64,000 nucleotides of DNA from the human T2T-CHM13v2.0 reference genome, Homo sapiens. This document shows positions 42,715 to 55,529 of this stretch, one piece after another (the first letter of the stretch is position 1; each line of letters begins with the position of its first letter). The DNA is taken from assembly GCF_009914755.1 (NCBI RefSeq), contig NC_060932.1; one strand, written 5' to 3'. Made by a program: the position numbers and the translations under genes. The notes beneath the pieces are model-generated. The model was not told where the DNA came from. It did no database searches and saw nothing but the letters and a program-made list of their open reading frames with translations.

Positions 42715-42954
42715 GCCATCCACTTACATTTAAGAGTATTGTAAGAAACAGTGCTATGAAATACATTGCGCTTGCTGTAAGAATATTGTTAAAGAAATTT
42801 CTCATCTTGCTACTCAGTAACCTCCTTCAGATAATCTAAGTGGGGTATTTTTTTAGTACTTCATAGCACAAATAAGCTTGTTTTTCCTGGGCATCTATTT
42901 ATTTGAGAATTTCGGACATAGAGAACCATATAATTAATCACGCTTCTGCTTTTA

Positions 42955-43835
42955 TGTTAGGCCTGAATTGTGTCTCCTCACATTTTTATGTTGAAGTCTT
43001 AACTCCAGGTACCTCAGAATGTGGCTGTATTTGGAGATAAGATTTTTAGATATTTAATTAAGTTAAAATTTGGTCATTAAGGTGGGCCCTAATCCAAAAT
43101 AATAATCTTTATAAGAAGAGGAAATTAGGACACAGACATACACAGAGGGAAGAACACATGAAGACATAGGGAGAAGAGAGCCATTTACAAGCTAATGAGA
43201 GAAACCTCAGAAGAAACCAACCTGGCCAACACATTGATCTTGGACTTCTGGCCTCCAGGATTATGAGAAAATTAAATTTCTGTTGTTTAAGTTACTCAGT
43301 CGGTGGTACTTTTTTGTGGTAGCTATATTAGAGTTCTCCAGAGAAACAAAGCCAACAGGCTATATATGGACATATAAGAAGAGATTGTGAGAGTTTGCTT
43401 ATGCCATTATGGAGCTCTAGAAGCCCCATGTTATGCCGTATGCATGCTGGAGAACCAGAAAACTGATGGTATAATTCATTCTGAGTTGGAAGGCCAGAGA
43501 ACCAGGAGGTCAGATGTTTGAGGGGAGGAGAAGATAGATGCCCCAGTTCAAGAAGAGAGAGCAAATTCACCTTTCCTCTGCCTTTTTGTTCTGTTAAGAC
43601 CCTCAATTTATATATTTTATATATATATATAAATTGCATCATGTTCACCCACATTGGTGAGGGTGGATCTTCTTTACTTAGTCTGCTCAACCAAATGCTA
43701 ACCTCTTCTGGAAACACCCTCACAGATAAGCCTCCATCCTCCAAAATAATGCTTTGCCAGCTATCTGGGCATTCCATAACACAGTCAAGTTGACACATAA
43801 AATTAACCACCAGGGTAGCCCTAGCAACTAACACA
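42955..43835 (+). mobile_element. MLT1B-like solo LTR interrupted near its 3' end by MLT2
   Basis: tgttaggcctgaattgtgtc...tggtagc|cctagcaactaacaca, with TSD TTTTA. Confidence 0.88.
43324..43814 (-). mobile_element. MLT2 (ERVL) solo LTR nested in MLT1B
   Basis: tatattagagttctccagagaaaca...cagtcaagttgacacataaaattaacc, with TSD GTAGC. Confidence 0.9.
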
Positions 43836-45779
43836 TTTTATATTGGTTGTTGCAAAGTTACATGAAGCACATCTAACAAAAGTAGAGAAACTCTTATCAT
43901 GACTTTTATATGTTAATCTTATTTCTGACTTCATCAATCTTTTCCTTTTCTTCTTTGCTCTTTACCTATTTTTAAAAATTTATTCTTTAAAATTTCTCAT
44001 GCTGACATCCTTGTTGGGTACCATATGGTACTTGGCATTTTTCCTTGGGCTGCCTACTACCTCTGTGGTACATTTGGCTTATGAGGATGAGCTGGATCTC
44101 TTGTACTCTTCTGGGAGCCTGGTAAGTGGCAGGGGCTGTGCTTCCAGGCCTGTGAGGATCTTCTAGCAATGTCTTCCCTTTGTTCCTCCCATGTGTGGCC
44201 AGGCCACTCAGACTCTGTCCTGCCTCTTGACCGCAACCTATGACACTCACAGTTTCTGCTTGGAGGCAGCTATGCCTGTTGCTGACAACTGTTCTGAAGT
44301 TGACTCACATGACTGATTTCTCTAGAATAATCCAACTCTTCGCCCATCATGTACCCTTCTTGCTTTGAGCTTCAACCTCTTCTGAGTACAGAACACCCTC
44401 AGGGTTGCTCCTGTATTTTTGCAGCAGAATTGTTTTTTGGCATGTCTTGGGAGGCAGCTTTCCTATGTGGCCATGTCTTTTCTTTGAAGCTTTCTATCTT
44501 CTTTCTATTTTTCAGTTTCTGAGTCATTATGAGCTTCCATTCTTGTTTCACACACACTTAGTTTATATGTAATTTAAATATATAAAAGACTATACAGTTA
44601 GAATTTATTTTACATAATTAAAATTATATATGAATATAAATATAATATATTTCTATATTTAAATATGTTTTGAAATATATTTTCCACCAGTTTTAAAGTT
44701 TTGTGGGAAATTGTGGAGTGTACTTAATCCAGCAAGATTTAATGGAAATTTACTTTTTTGTATATTGGGACTTGTATATTATTTTGTGAGTTATGTACCT
44801 TACTTTCCTTTAGAAACAAGGTTCTTTATGCACATTCACATCTAAGTAATAGAGCAGACCATATGTGTGACTTGGACTAGTATTTTCCACCTATCAGTAC
44901 TTGCATCTCTAAATAAAAATATGAGAGAGAGATTCCTAAGGTTCCTGCCAGAAACAAGTGAAACCCAGGGAAAAAGTGGACTCTTGCACCTGTCTTAAGT
45001 CCCATCTTGATATGGTGACTCATACAAAGGACATATTCCACCCCCAAAATTTTGAAGAATGTGATAAATTTATCCTTGTGGAAGCTGTGAAAGGGTCACA
45101 CTTCTCAATGCAATACCAAAGCTTCTTCAATATCCTCTTCAGACAATTCCTCCACCAAAATCTCACCCAATGAGCTAGTCTTTCTCCCCAAATCTCTCTT
45201 CTCCATCTCTCTCTCAGAACCTTTGCTCACTTTCTACACACCCCTTCCTCCTGCCTTCCTCTTCTGTCTCATTTTGTCCTCCCTTGTTTAGGCAATCAGC
45301 TCAGTTTTTTTTCCCCCTTCTCCCAGCCTATTACATTTATTAGCACAGGAGTACAAACACAGAATCCTTTTTATGGGTGGGTGAAGACAAAGGCTTTGGA
45401 AGTTTATATTTTAATATCTTTGTTCCTGTTACATAAGAAGCTATGGTTCCATATGGATACATAATGCAACCTACGGGCTTTGTCAGAGGTGCCATATTCA
45501 ATGGGAAATGTGCAAGGAGGCAGGAACAAATTGATCTTCCTTTGCTGCCCTGGGACCAATTTGTATGAAGAGATATTTAGAGTCCATCTAATGATCTTGC
45601 TCTCAGACTTCAATTGGAAACAAGTATGCAACTAAGACTTACCGATTTATAACTGGAGACATTAATTCTGATACTTGGTGAGATCTACATAGACGATATC
45701 CCCATTGACACGTAGTGATAGTTAATTCACTTTGCTTGCCATCATCATGACGTGAATTAAAATTTTTGAAGTTGAAATA

Positions 45780-45980
45780 TAAAGTAATGGTTAAAGGCAT
45801 GGATTTGACGTCTCACAGAGCTGCATTCCAGTCCTGACTCTCCATTTACTTGATGAGAAACCTTGGGCAAGTTATTTAATTTTTATGAGGCTCAGATTCT
45901 TCCTCTGTACCCAGGAGATAATACTGATACTTCCTTTAAAGCATTACTGAAACATCAAATGAGGTAATATATGTAAAGAA
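45780..45980 (+). mobile_element. MIR
   Basis: ccttgggcaagttatttaa...ctcagattcttcctctgta...ataata...aaatgaggtaatatatgtaaag. Confidence 0.85.
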
Positions 45981-46531
45981 CAGTTGAGATCACTTTTCTT
46001 GGGTCCAGAAGTGCCTCAGCAGGGACTGTGGGGTCTTCCATGGGATTCCTGATGGAGTCCAGTCTCCTACCCACCTGTGCCATTGCCAATATATTTAATA
46101 ACATGTGCTGTGCAGCGGCTCTGTGTCTGGCCCTGTGCTATTCTCTGGGGATAAAGAAATGAAGAGACAAGGTTCCTGGCCTGCAGGCACTCACATTTTA
46201 TTAGGGACTAAGAGGCTCATAAACAAATTGGCAATCATGGTTATTAAGCAGTGGTTAAACTGTTAAGAAAAGGGAAGGGAGATAGCTATTTATTTTGCTG
46301 GTATAGAAGGTGTGGGGGCAGGGAAAAAGCACGGCCAACCAGGACAATTTGCTGTTTGCCACAAGGTCATTAACACAATTCCAAAAATCTCTGCAAATGG
46401 GATATGTTCTACAGAAAAGGATGTAGGAAGACAAAAGAGAACAAGAATCATGGCCAACTTGGGGACCTCTCAGAGCGGCTCCTCTTCTTTCCCAGGGAAT
46501 CAATTTCCCTAAGTGTTCCAAGTTGAGATTT

Positions 46532-47138
46532 TGTAACCGAATGAAGTTTCAGTTGAAGGCAAGTTTAATCCTGCACTACTTGCAGAGCTCAATTAACAGA
46601 GTGACATCTGGCAGAAAGAAAGTGACTTTATTAACCAAAACTAGTAAAGGAGAAGTGGCCAGATTCTCATCCAAAGCAACCACTTTGATTTTTTGGGGGG
46701 GAGAAAAAGGAGTTTAAAAAATGAAAACTTGACAAGGAAGACATACAAGAATTGTGCTGAGTACAATGTCTGTGTGTCTTATTCTGGTGACTATCGTGGG
46801 TCCCTGTCCACCTGGATCTTGGGCTGGCATCATCTCAACAAAGCTGGATTGTTAATGAGCCACCTTGAAGTAACTGCTGGTACTTTGCAGCTGGGACTCA
46901 AGGGTTGGTCTGTATACCTCAAGATTAGTCTGTGGAACTTCTAAGAAGGCACATAATTGGATACTTGCATACAGTTAGATAAATGTGAAGAGAGTATATA
47001 CAGTGACAAAGAGAGGGATGTGGAGTCTATTTTAAGGCTAAGGGAAAAGGCTTCTGCAGTTTGCTTCAAGGTTATATCTTGAAACTCAAGAGAAAAGAAG
47101 TTTTGAAATGCATTTTGAAGTTAAACTGCCTGGTTACA
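46532..47138 (-). mobile_element. ERV1-type solo LTR (family not determined)
   Basis: 7-bp terminal inverted repeats TGTAACC...GGTTACA. Minus-strand AATAAA (tttatt near 46627). Near-TSD ATTT/GTTT. Confidence 0.8.
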
Positions 47139-50100
47139 GTTTCACAGGGCAGGTGGCGGGCGTTTCCCACATGCCAGCAGCTGTGCCATCCCAACTGTAT
47201 TTTACTAAATAGCCAGTATTACACATTATGGCAAGTGGTTCCAAGCAGTTAGATAACTGTGCCTCAGCCCTGACCTGTTGCTCTGGGTTTGTTTAATGCG
47301 CTGTCTTCTTGTCACTGTGTAGCTGTGCACCAGCACGGTGACATTGCTCAGTGCTCTCAGGTGGGAGCAAGGTTCCTCTGCTGCCAGTAGGCTGCTGGAG
47401 GCCTTTGACTACATTGTTTACAAATGTGGCCTATCTTTCCTGCCTTAATACTTTAGCTCACTTTGTTTTTCACCTGGAATTCTCTTTTCACCTCCTTTGT
47501 CTTCAAAATCCAGTTAGAAAAATATGAGCACATTCCTCCTTCCCCTCTGGTCTATGATCAGCATGAAGCAATGACTGTGTCTTAGAATCTTTGCATCCCT
47601 AAGCTCCCTCCCATTCATTAAGGATTCAACAAGTGCTACCAGAATAAATGATCTACAGCATGGACACCAGAGGTCTGAGACCCAGGCGAGGACACCAGCC
47701 AGGTAGGATGCTTTGGAGCACCTGAACACTGCATAATAAAGGCTTGGACCAGAGTGTTCACAATGAGAAGGAAGAAACTGTGTCACTTTTGCTTAATGAA
47801 AATTTCTTCTATCTATCATGGTCACGAGACCAAATGTGAATTTTGGTTCAGATTTGACTCAGAACGTGAGAAGGAATAACCCATTTGTCTACAAAGGCAG
47901 ACTGCCAATTCCCTAGTTACCCAGACTCAACACCATTGTTCAAGAAGCTGTCACAAATTAGATATGGGGCTAAGTTTCCAGGTAACCTAAGGGACAATTA
48001 AAAAAGTTATTTTGGAATCACTGGGCTATACATCTTTGAACAAGGATATCACTGGAGTTAATCACAGAGATAATATAACACTTAAATCTGAGTTTGAAAG
48101 TAAAAATGACCATATCCCTAGCCAGATGTCTGTCTTAAAAACAAACAAATAAAGTAAGTGTATGTTCTGATTTGGCAGAGTTGACACAGACAGTTCCTGC
48201 CATTGGTACCATGGGGTATTTCAAAAGCAGCAATACCTCAAGTAAGATTCTAAAGATTCTGTGGCTAAGCTGTGTTGTCTCTTTTGGATGTTCATAAAGA
48301 ATCCTGATCCTTCCAGAGCAGTGAAGATACTACATTAATACTAACTTGATGAGAGCCCTGAAGTTTCTAAAGGAACAGGTGGTGACACAGAGATGGGAGA
48401 GGTGAGGCTGATCTTTTTTTCCTATAGTTTGTTTCCTCAGTTTGTAGTTTCAGGAAACAGTACAGAGAAAACAAAAATTGTCATGGAGATAGAAAAGTGT
48501 GCTGAGTAAACAGTGTACTTGTTAAAATCATTTCAGTGAATCTCCCATAATGAAGATTTTGTTTTTCTCTAGTCTACAGTTTCAGTATTAAAACAAAAGA
48601 TAAAATACCATAAAACAAGCTAGTAACAGGGATTTATTCTGAAAAGCAAGTTTAGTGTACATTCTATGATCCAAACAAAATCAACCCAAACTCTTGTTTA
48701 TTTGGCTATACAATAAAAGGCAATATTCAGGATAACAACATTCAAGCATTGTAAGATTTTCAAACACAAAAGACTTCATTATATTTATGGCACAAGTTCC
48801 ATAAAGAGATGGGAAAAATAAACTCAAATTCAAATGAGGAAGATCTCAATAAAGCTTGAAATTAACAGTTCTTCCTATTTAATAGTTGTTAAGAAGATTT
48901 TCCAGTTATTGTGACATTCTGTTATGAACAATTCATAGAGGCTTTCTTATTCCTAAGGACCATTAAGTATCAAATCATAATGTACAGATACATACATATA
49001 TGAAAATATAAAAATAGGTATGTTATATGACATTTATCAAATGGATTAGTGGCTGGTGTGCTTGTTTAGGAACCCCCAAGTTTCAGCAAGCTTGAGATGG
49101 TACACAGCCAGCAGCCTTGAGATGAGCCTTATAAATGTGCTTGCAAAACATATTTGACCTTTCTAGTTGGATGTACCAATGGCATTAGTTAAAAGAGTGT
49201 TAATATGATTCAGAAAAATGTAGCCTTCTCTGTGCTAGTTACTATTCTAGATGCTGGAGACATAGTTGCAAATAAAACACGGGATCTGCAGTCTAGTGGT
49301 TATGCATTTGGTTGCTTGACTAGCCCAGGATGAATACTTCTCCATCCAAGGGAGCCCAATCAGGACAGCATTCCATCTCCCAAGTCTACACTACTGTTTC
49401 ACATTTATAGCAGAAAGTTTTTCTTGCAAAACATGCAAAGAAACATTGAGAAACAATGTTCATACAGAGTGTGAAGAATGGAGACGTGGGTAAATTATCA
49501 CATCTAGAGACTTGCAGACAAAAAGCACTTCTTAATGTGCCTTTTAAAAAGCAACAAAACAGCAACAATTACAAATAGATACCAACAGGCACCCAAACAC
49601 CTTTTACCATGATCTTCCTTTAATAAGGACATGTTACTTGTGGATAGATAGGTTTCTACAGTTTATGATGGGCTTTCAGACATATTCTTCATTCTCTGAA
49701 GCAGTTAGGAAAGATGTTATCTCCATTTTACAAATATGGAGACTGGATTTTCAAAGGTCACACAGTGAATTGTGCAACTAAGACAAGGACTCAATCAAAT
49801 CCTACAGAAATTAATGTGTCTTGATTCCATGTGTGCCTCAATATCACTCTTTTTCTAGGGTTTGCTGGTTTAGCACTAGACTGTGATCCCTGGAAATTTT
49901 ATTTTCTAAAATTATCATAGTCAAAGTAATGTGTGCTAATATGATTGATATTCTCATGTCCTGATGCTGAGAATTCTAGAAGCAAGGTCCTGAGTGAGGA
50001 TATAAAGAATATGCTGAATTACTGGAAGTCCTGACATGTGGATTTGAACTAATGCCTGGATTTTGACCTATTTTATTCATTAACAAAATAGATGGCAGAT

Positions 50101-50421
50101 TTCATAAGAGCAGGACGATGAATTGTGACAGCTGTCATTCTGGACAAATTCCAAAGTGGGCAATCATATAATGGCAATTTTCAAATGGACAAAATTAATT
50201 CCTTAGAAAATAAAATCAATACTTGGACAGTTATTTCTTTGGATCTCAAAACACTTGGATGGATAACTTCATTCACTTGGATGGTCCCTATATAGGACAG
50301 TACATATGGAGCAATGCTATTAATACACAAAAGTCCACCAGAAAGTTTGGCAGAAGAAATTAGGGATGGACAATAGCATGTTACTTAAAACTAGTAGAAG
50401 AAGTTCAGTGGTCCTAAAATT

Positions 50422-50455
<34 letters not shown>

Positions 50456-50487
50456 ACACACACATACACACACATACACACACACAC
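50422..50487. repeat. (CT)n(CA)n compound microsatellite
   Basis: Directly visible. Confidence 0.95.
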
Positions 50488-52789
50488 CTTTGAATTTCTG
50501 AGAACACTTCAAAGTAAGGATCTAAACTGAATTTTCTCAACAATTACTTCCCTCATTCTAATATGATCATCCAGAATCCTGTGTGTGAATTTAGTACATG
50601 TTTGAAGAAGTGTCTATAGAGTACATGTGCAATATGGTTATTTGTGAAGTTATTCTACCTATCACATTATTTTACAGTATGAGGTTTTGAAAAATTATCC
50701 TCAGGAAATAAGGTTCAGCCACCCTTGATGGTTCTTTTTTTTTTTTTTAAATGCAGAGATCCTTTTAAAGCAAATGCCAATAGAGTTGGTCTAGTTACCC
50801 GTCAGAAGTCTGAAAATGCGTGCAGAGGTGCCATTGCTTTTGGGGAAGTACTTTCTATGCCATCTCTTGCTTTTACAAAGCCTTTACTATTTTCAAAATG
50901 CTTTCATAATTTTTAACTTGTTTTTCACAAAAATTCTGTGTGTATGGTGGGAGGACATAATAATTCTTATTTATAAGAAGCGACTTAAACACAGAAAAGA
51001 TAAATATAAAACTCAAAGTCAAAAATCTGGTCAAATTCAGGTCTTTTTGTTGCAAATTTAGCTTGTATGCCCCTAGGCCTTATTTCCTATGGATACAGAA
51101 ATCTTCCCCTTCTTCCAAATTAGGTGCTACCACTTCAAGCTGATGTAGTGGTTTAAATTGCTACCAGGAAAGCCAATAGCTGCAAAGAAGTAAGTAAGAG
51201 AATGTGACAACTCTGACCTCAACATTAATTATGCATCAAATAGTAAAAAATGGGTCAATGAGAGAGCCAAAGGCATTCATACATGATGCACCACTCACTG
51301 CAATAGCTCACTTTTGGTCTTGGAGAGACATCCTCACACATTATTTTCATGGGAATTTGAATCTCAGTTGGACTCTCCTCCAGGAAGATGGGAGTCTGTG
51401 GTTTCCAGAAGACTGACCTAGGATCTTTTGTGTTTCATGAGTCTTGCTTAAACCTGGTGGAAGATTCAGGTGTTATCGAGTAATAGAAATGCAAACTATC
51501 TGGGGATAAGTTTGCTGATGATCCCTAGGTAATAGCCTTGGGGCAGCTATAGTTCAAGTAAACTTATCTGATGCACAGTTAGATAAGCAGCCCTGGTTGT
51601 AATTCAATATGCTTTTGCCTTTGAATATAAATCAGGGCAAAGATATTTCAAATGGGACTGTGTAAGCAAATGTTTATAAAATCTACTGAATGTTATTAAC
51701 TCTAACTTTTCCCTTACTGTGATATTTGTTTAAACAGAACCAAAGAAGATATTAAAAAGAGGCAAAGACCAATGAGTCAGGGAAATTTGCTTTAGTTTAG
51801 AAGATCCTCCTCAATATGGCAGAAACAAATATTTTGAACTAGAGGTAAATTCCAAGGTAAAGAAAATGTTTTTTTTGCTACTGGTCATGAAAACACATGT
51901 GTAGTCCTTTGGATTAAATTTAAAGGAGGATATTTTATTTATTTTTTTTTCAACTTGCCAAGGGATGTTAAATGCACTAAACAAACCTAGTCCTTCTGCT
52001 CAAAATGTATGAAATTTCTATTCCGTTTTTAGGGTATCTGCACACAAATGACATTTCTGTTTGAACTGAAAAATTAATTCCTGTAACTTTTTTCTCTTCA
52101 TGTATTTTATTCTGAGCCAACATGTCAATTTTGTATTGTAAATGTATAATGCACATGCCACATGTGGTACATGGTACAAATAAAAAAATTAATAGATTTA
52201 ATTATGTTTATCATTTGATAAAACAAAACAAAAACCTTTGAGACTTTTTAAAAGAATTTTCTAATTTGATTGGAACTTTATCTCAATAGTATTTTTTCCC
52301 AAATATGAGAATTATGTGATTTGTGTAATTTTGCTATTTTGAGATGTGTATTTCAATATCCAATATTTAGGTCATTGCTATCAATAGGTTGATTCTGGAA
52401 TCTAGACACCCTATATCTAATTATATCCTGGACCCTATCAATTTTCTCTAGGGACAACTTTTAAATCTGTTCTTCCTCTTCTCACTGCCATGGTTCAAGC
52501 TTTCCTTCCTCTCCCTTGGCATGTTTCTAATAACTCCTTCTCTCCAGCTTCGGCATCCCTAGGATTAGTCCACCCCAGTCCCTCCTTTACATTGTTGCTG
52601 TCATAAAAGTCACTTGTGGTCTATATTGCATCTTTCTAAAAAGTCACTTGTGGTCATATTGCACCTCAGCCAAAATCTCTATTGGATTCTTCTTATTGTC
52701 TTCTTAGAAGCCCAAACTTCTAGAATAATATAAATAATAACAAGAGCTAAGTGATCCACCTATCATTTAACAAATCTGTAAAATAGTTA

Positions 52790-54105
52790 TTTGCCATTCT
52801 AGTGGGTAAATAGTGGTATCTCATTTTGCGTTAATTTGTATCTCCTGGATGATTTGTGATGCTGATTATCTTTTCATGTGCCTATTTGTCATTCATATAT
52901 TTTCACTGGAGAGATATTTATTCTGATTATCTGATAAATTATTTTGTTAGCAAATATCATTTTGATAGACTTATATTAAAAGCATTTCCTTTTAAAAATC
53001 AGGGACAAGGCAAGGATGCTTACTGTCACCAATTCTGTTCAACACTGTATTGGAAGAACTGGCCTGTGTTAGTTACATATATGGATCTTGGACATGTGAC
53101 ATACATAAACAGGGAAAAGTTAGAACATTTAATAAGTGGTGTGAGATTATCAGTTATCCATTTGAGGAAAAAAGAACTTGGATTCCTACCTCATACTGTA
53201 CATTAAAATCAACCCTTGATGGATTAAAACATTTAATCTGAAAGTTGAAATTTTAAAACTTTTAAGAAAAACTATCAGTGGCTATCTTTATGGCTTTGTA
53301 GTAAAGAAATATTTAAGAAGCAAACACAAATAGTACTAATCTCAAAAAAAAAGATACATTAATTACATTAAAATATAAGACTAGATTCATTAAAACACAC
53401 TGTAAAGAAAGATCTAACTTGACAAAAAGATCTAGAATAAATCGAGAAATAAAAGAAAATACACCAATGTCACTTTTAAATATTGATTGAAAAATCTGAT
53501 GTAAAATATTAGAAAATAGAATCCAGCAGCCTATTAAAAGACAAATGTCCTCTACTGATGCTTTTAAGATTTTTTAAGTATCAGCCAACACAATATGAAG
53601 AGGTAAAAGAATCAGAGGGACAAAAATTGCAAATGAAGAGTAGAAATTATAATTACTTATAGATGATGTTATTGTAGTTCTGGACAGCTTGAGTTAATAA
53701 TCTCAATTCAATTAGAAACAATGAAGGAAATTATTAATGTGGATAGATACCTCTTTAACATAAAAATCAATAGCTTTCCAGAACCCAGACACCAAGTGAG
53801 ACAATATAAAGAAAATATTCCTCTTGTACTACCATGCACAAAGATAAAATACATAGTCATAAACTTAACAGGAAATATGCAGCCCTATATAATTAAAAAA
53901 ACCCTCTATTTAGGCATATAAATTAAAACTTGAATAAATGGTAAGTTATAATTTGCTCTTGAATAAGAAAACTCAATATGGTAAAGATGTATATGTTTCC
54001 TAAATTAACTTATAAATTTAGTAGAATCACGATAATAAGACATTAATTTTGGATTATTTTTGGAACTAGTCAAGTTAGGTCTAAAATCCATTAAGGAATA
54101 ACAGA
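52790..54105. mobile_element. Mosaic of old L1M ORF2 fragments (minus about 52790-52925, then plus)
   Basis: ORF track shows KAFPFKNQGQGKDA and, in other frames, typical L1 ORF2 relics. Confidence 0.7.
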
Positions 54106-54109
54106 AGTG

Positions 54110-54410
54110 AGTAGGGCATGGTGGCTCACGCCTGTAATCCCAACACTTTGGGCGGCCGAGGCGGCAGATCATGAGGTCAGGAGTTTGAGACCAGGGTGGT
54201 CAATATGGTGAAACCCCACCTCTATTTAAAATACAAAAAATTTGCTGGACGTGGTGGCGTGGGCCTGAAGTCTCAGCTACTCAGGAGTCTGAGGCAGGAG
54301 AATCGTTTGAACCCAGGAGGCGGAGGTTGCAGTGAGCCGAGATCGCACCACTGTACTCCAGTCTGGGTGACAGAGTGAGACTCTGTCTCAAAAAAAAAAA
54401 AAAAAAAAAA
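54110..54410 (+). mobile_element. AluS (Sg-like)
   Basis: Full dimer with gatcatgaggtcaggagtttgagacc and a 21-nt A tail. Confidence 0.93.
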
Positions 54411-54529
54411 GTGGAAATAAGGTATTCTTAATGATTTTTAATGTTCACTTTCAATCCCAAATAAGCCTTCTCCTAAAACAAATTCTAAAGTTATTAAAAT
54501 TGAGTACCTAATATTTTGCTGCTTTAAAC

Positions 54530-54871
54530 AAATAGGCATTATTTTTTAGGGCAGTTGCAGGTTTACAACAAAATTGAAGGGAAGGTACAGAGGTTTCCCC
54601 TGTACTCCCTACCCTCACACATGCACAGCCTCCCCAGTTATCAACATCTCCCACCAGAGTGGTACATTTGTTACCATTGGTAAACCTGGACAGACATATA
54701 ATTATCATTCAGAGTCTATAATTTATATTAGGGTTCACTCTTGGTGTGCATGTTCTATGGGTTTGGACAAATGTATAATGACATGTATTCGCCATTATAG
54801 CATCATACAGAACAGTTTAACAGCCCTAAAAATCTTCTGCTGTCTGCCTGTTCACCCTTACCTTCCCCCAT
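54530..54871 (-). mobile_element. L1MC-type 3' end fragment
   Basis: cacatgcacagcctccccagttatcaacatctcccaccagagtggtacatttgttac, similar to 5870-6200. Confidence 0.85.
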
Positions 54872-55143
54872 AGGGAAACAGGATTTTTTAAGTGGAAAGT
54901 TGAAAGTTATAAGGTTATGCTAAATCTGTCAAATATAAGACTATGTTAATACAATAGTTTTTATACTGTCATGTAAAATAGTCAGACTCATGGAACCACA
55001 CTGAGATCCAGAATAGATGCACAAGATAATTTAGAATCTAATGCAACTGAGATTTCAATCAGTTGCCATTGAGGCAGAAAAAAAATCTGGATTTTTACTT
55101 CATTCATTTTCTTAAAACGAATTCCAGACTTGTCAACAATTTA

Positions 55144-55517
<374 letters not shown>

Positions 55518-55529
55518 AGAAGAAAATAG

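Noticed and set aside
44018-44031. 14-bp palindrome GTACCATATGGTAC
   Set aside because: A few palindromes of this length are expected by chance in 64 kb.
44121-45690. Consensus splice donors (plus 44122 gtaagt; minus 45637-45642)
   Set aside because: No convincing paired acceptor or recognisable coding frame; such hexamers are frequent.
47145-47345. CTCF-like GCAGGTGGCG and REST half-site-like sequences
   Set aside because: The CTCF match lacks the 5' CC(A), and the REST halves have the wrong spacing and orientation.
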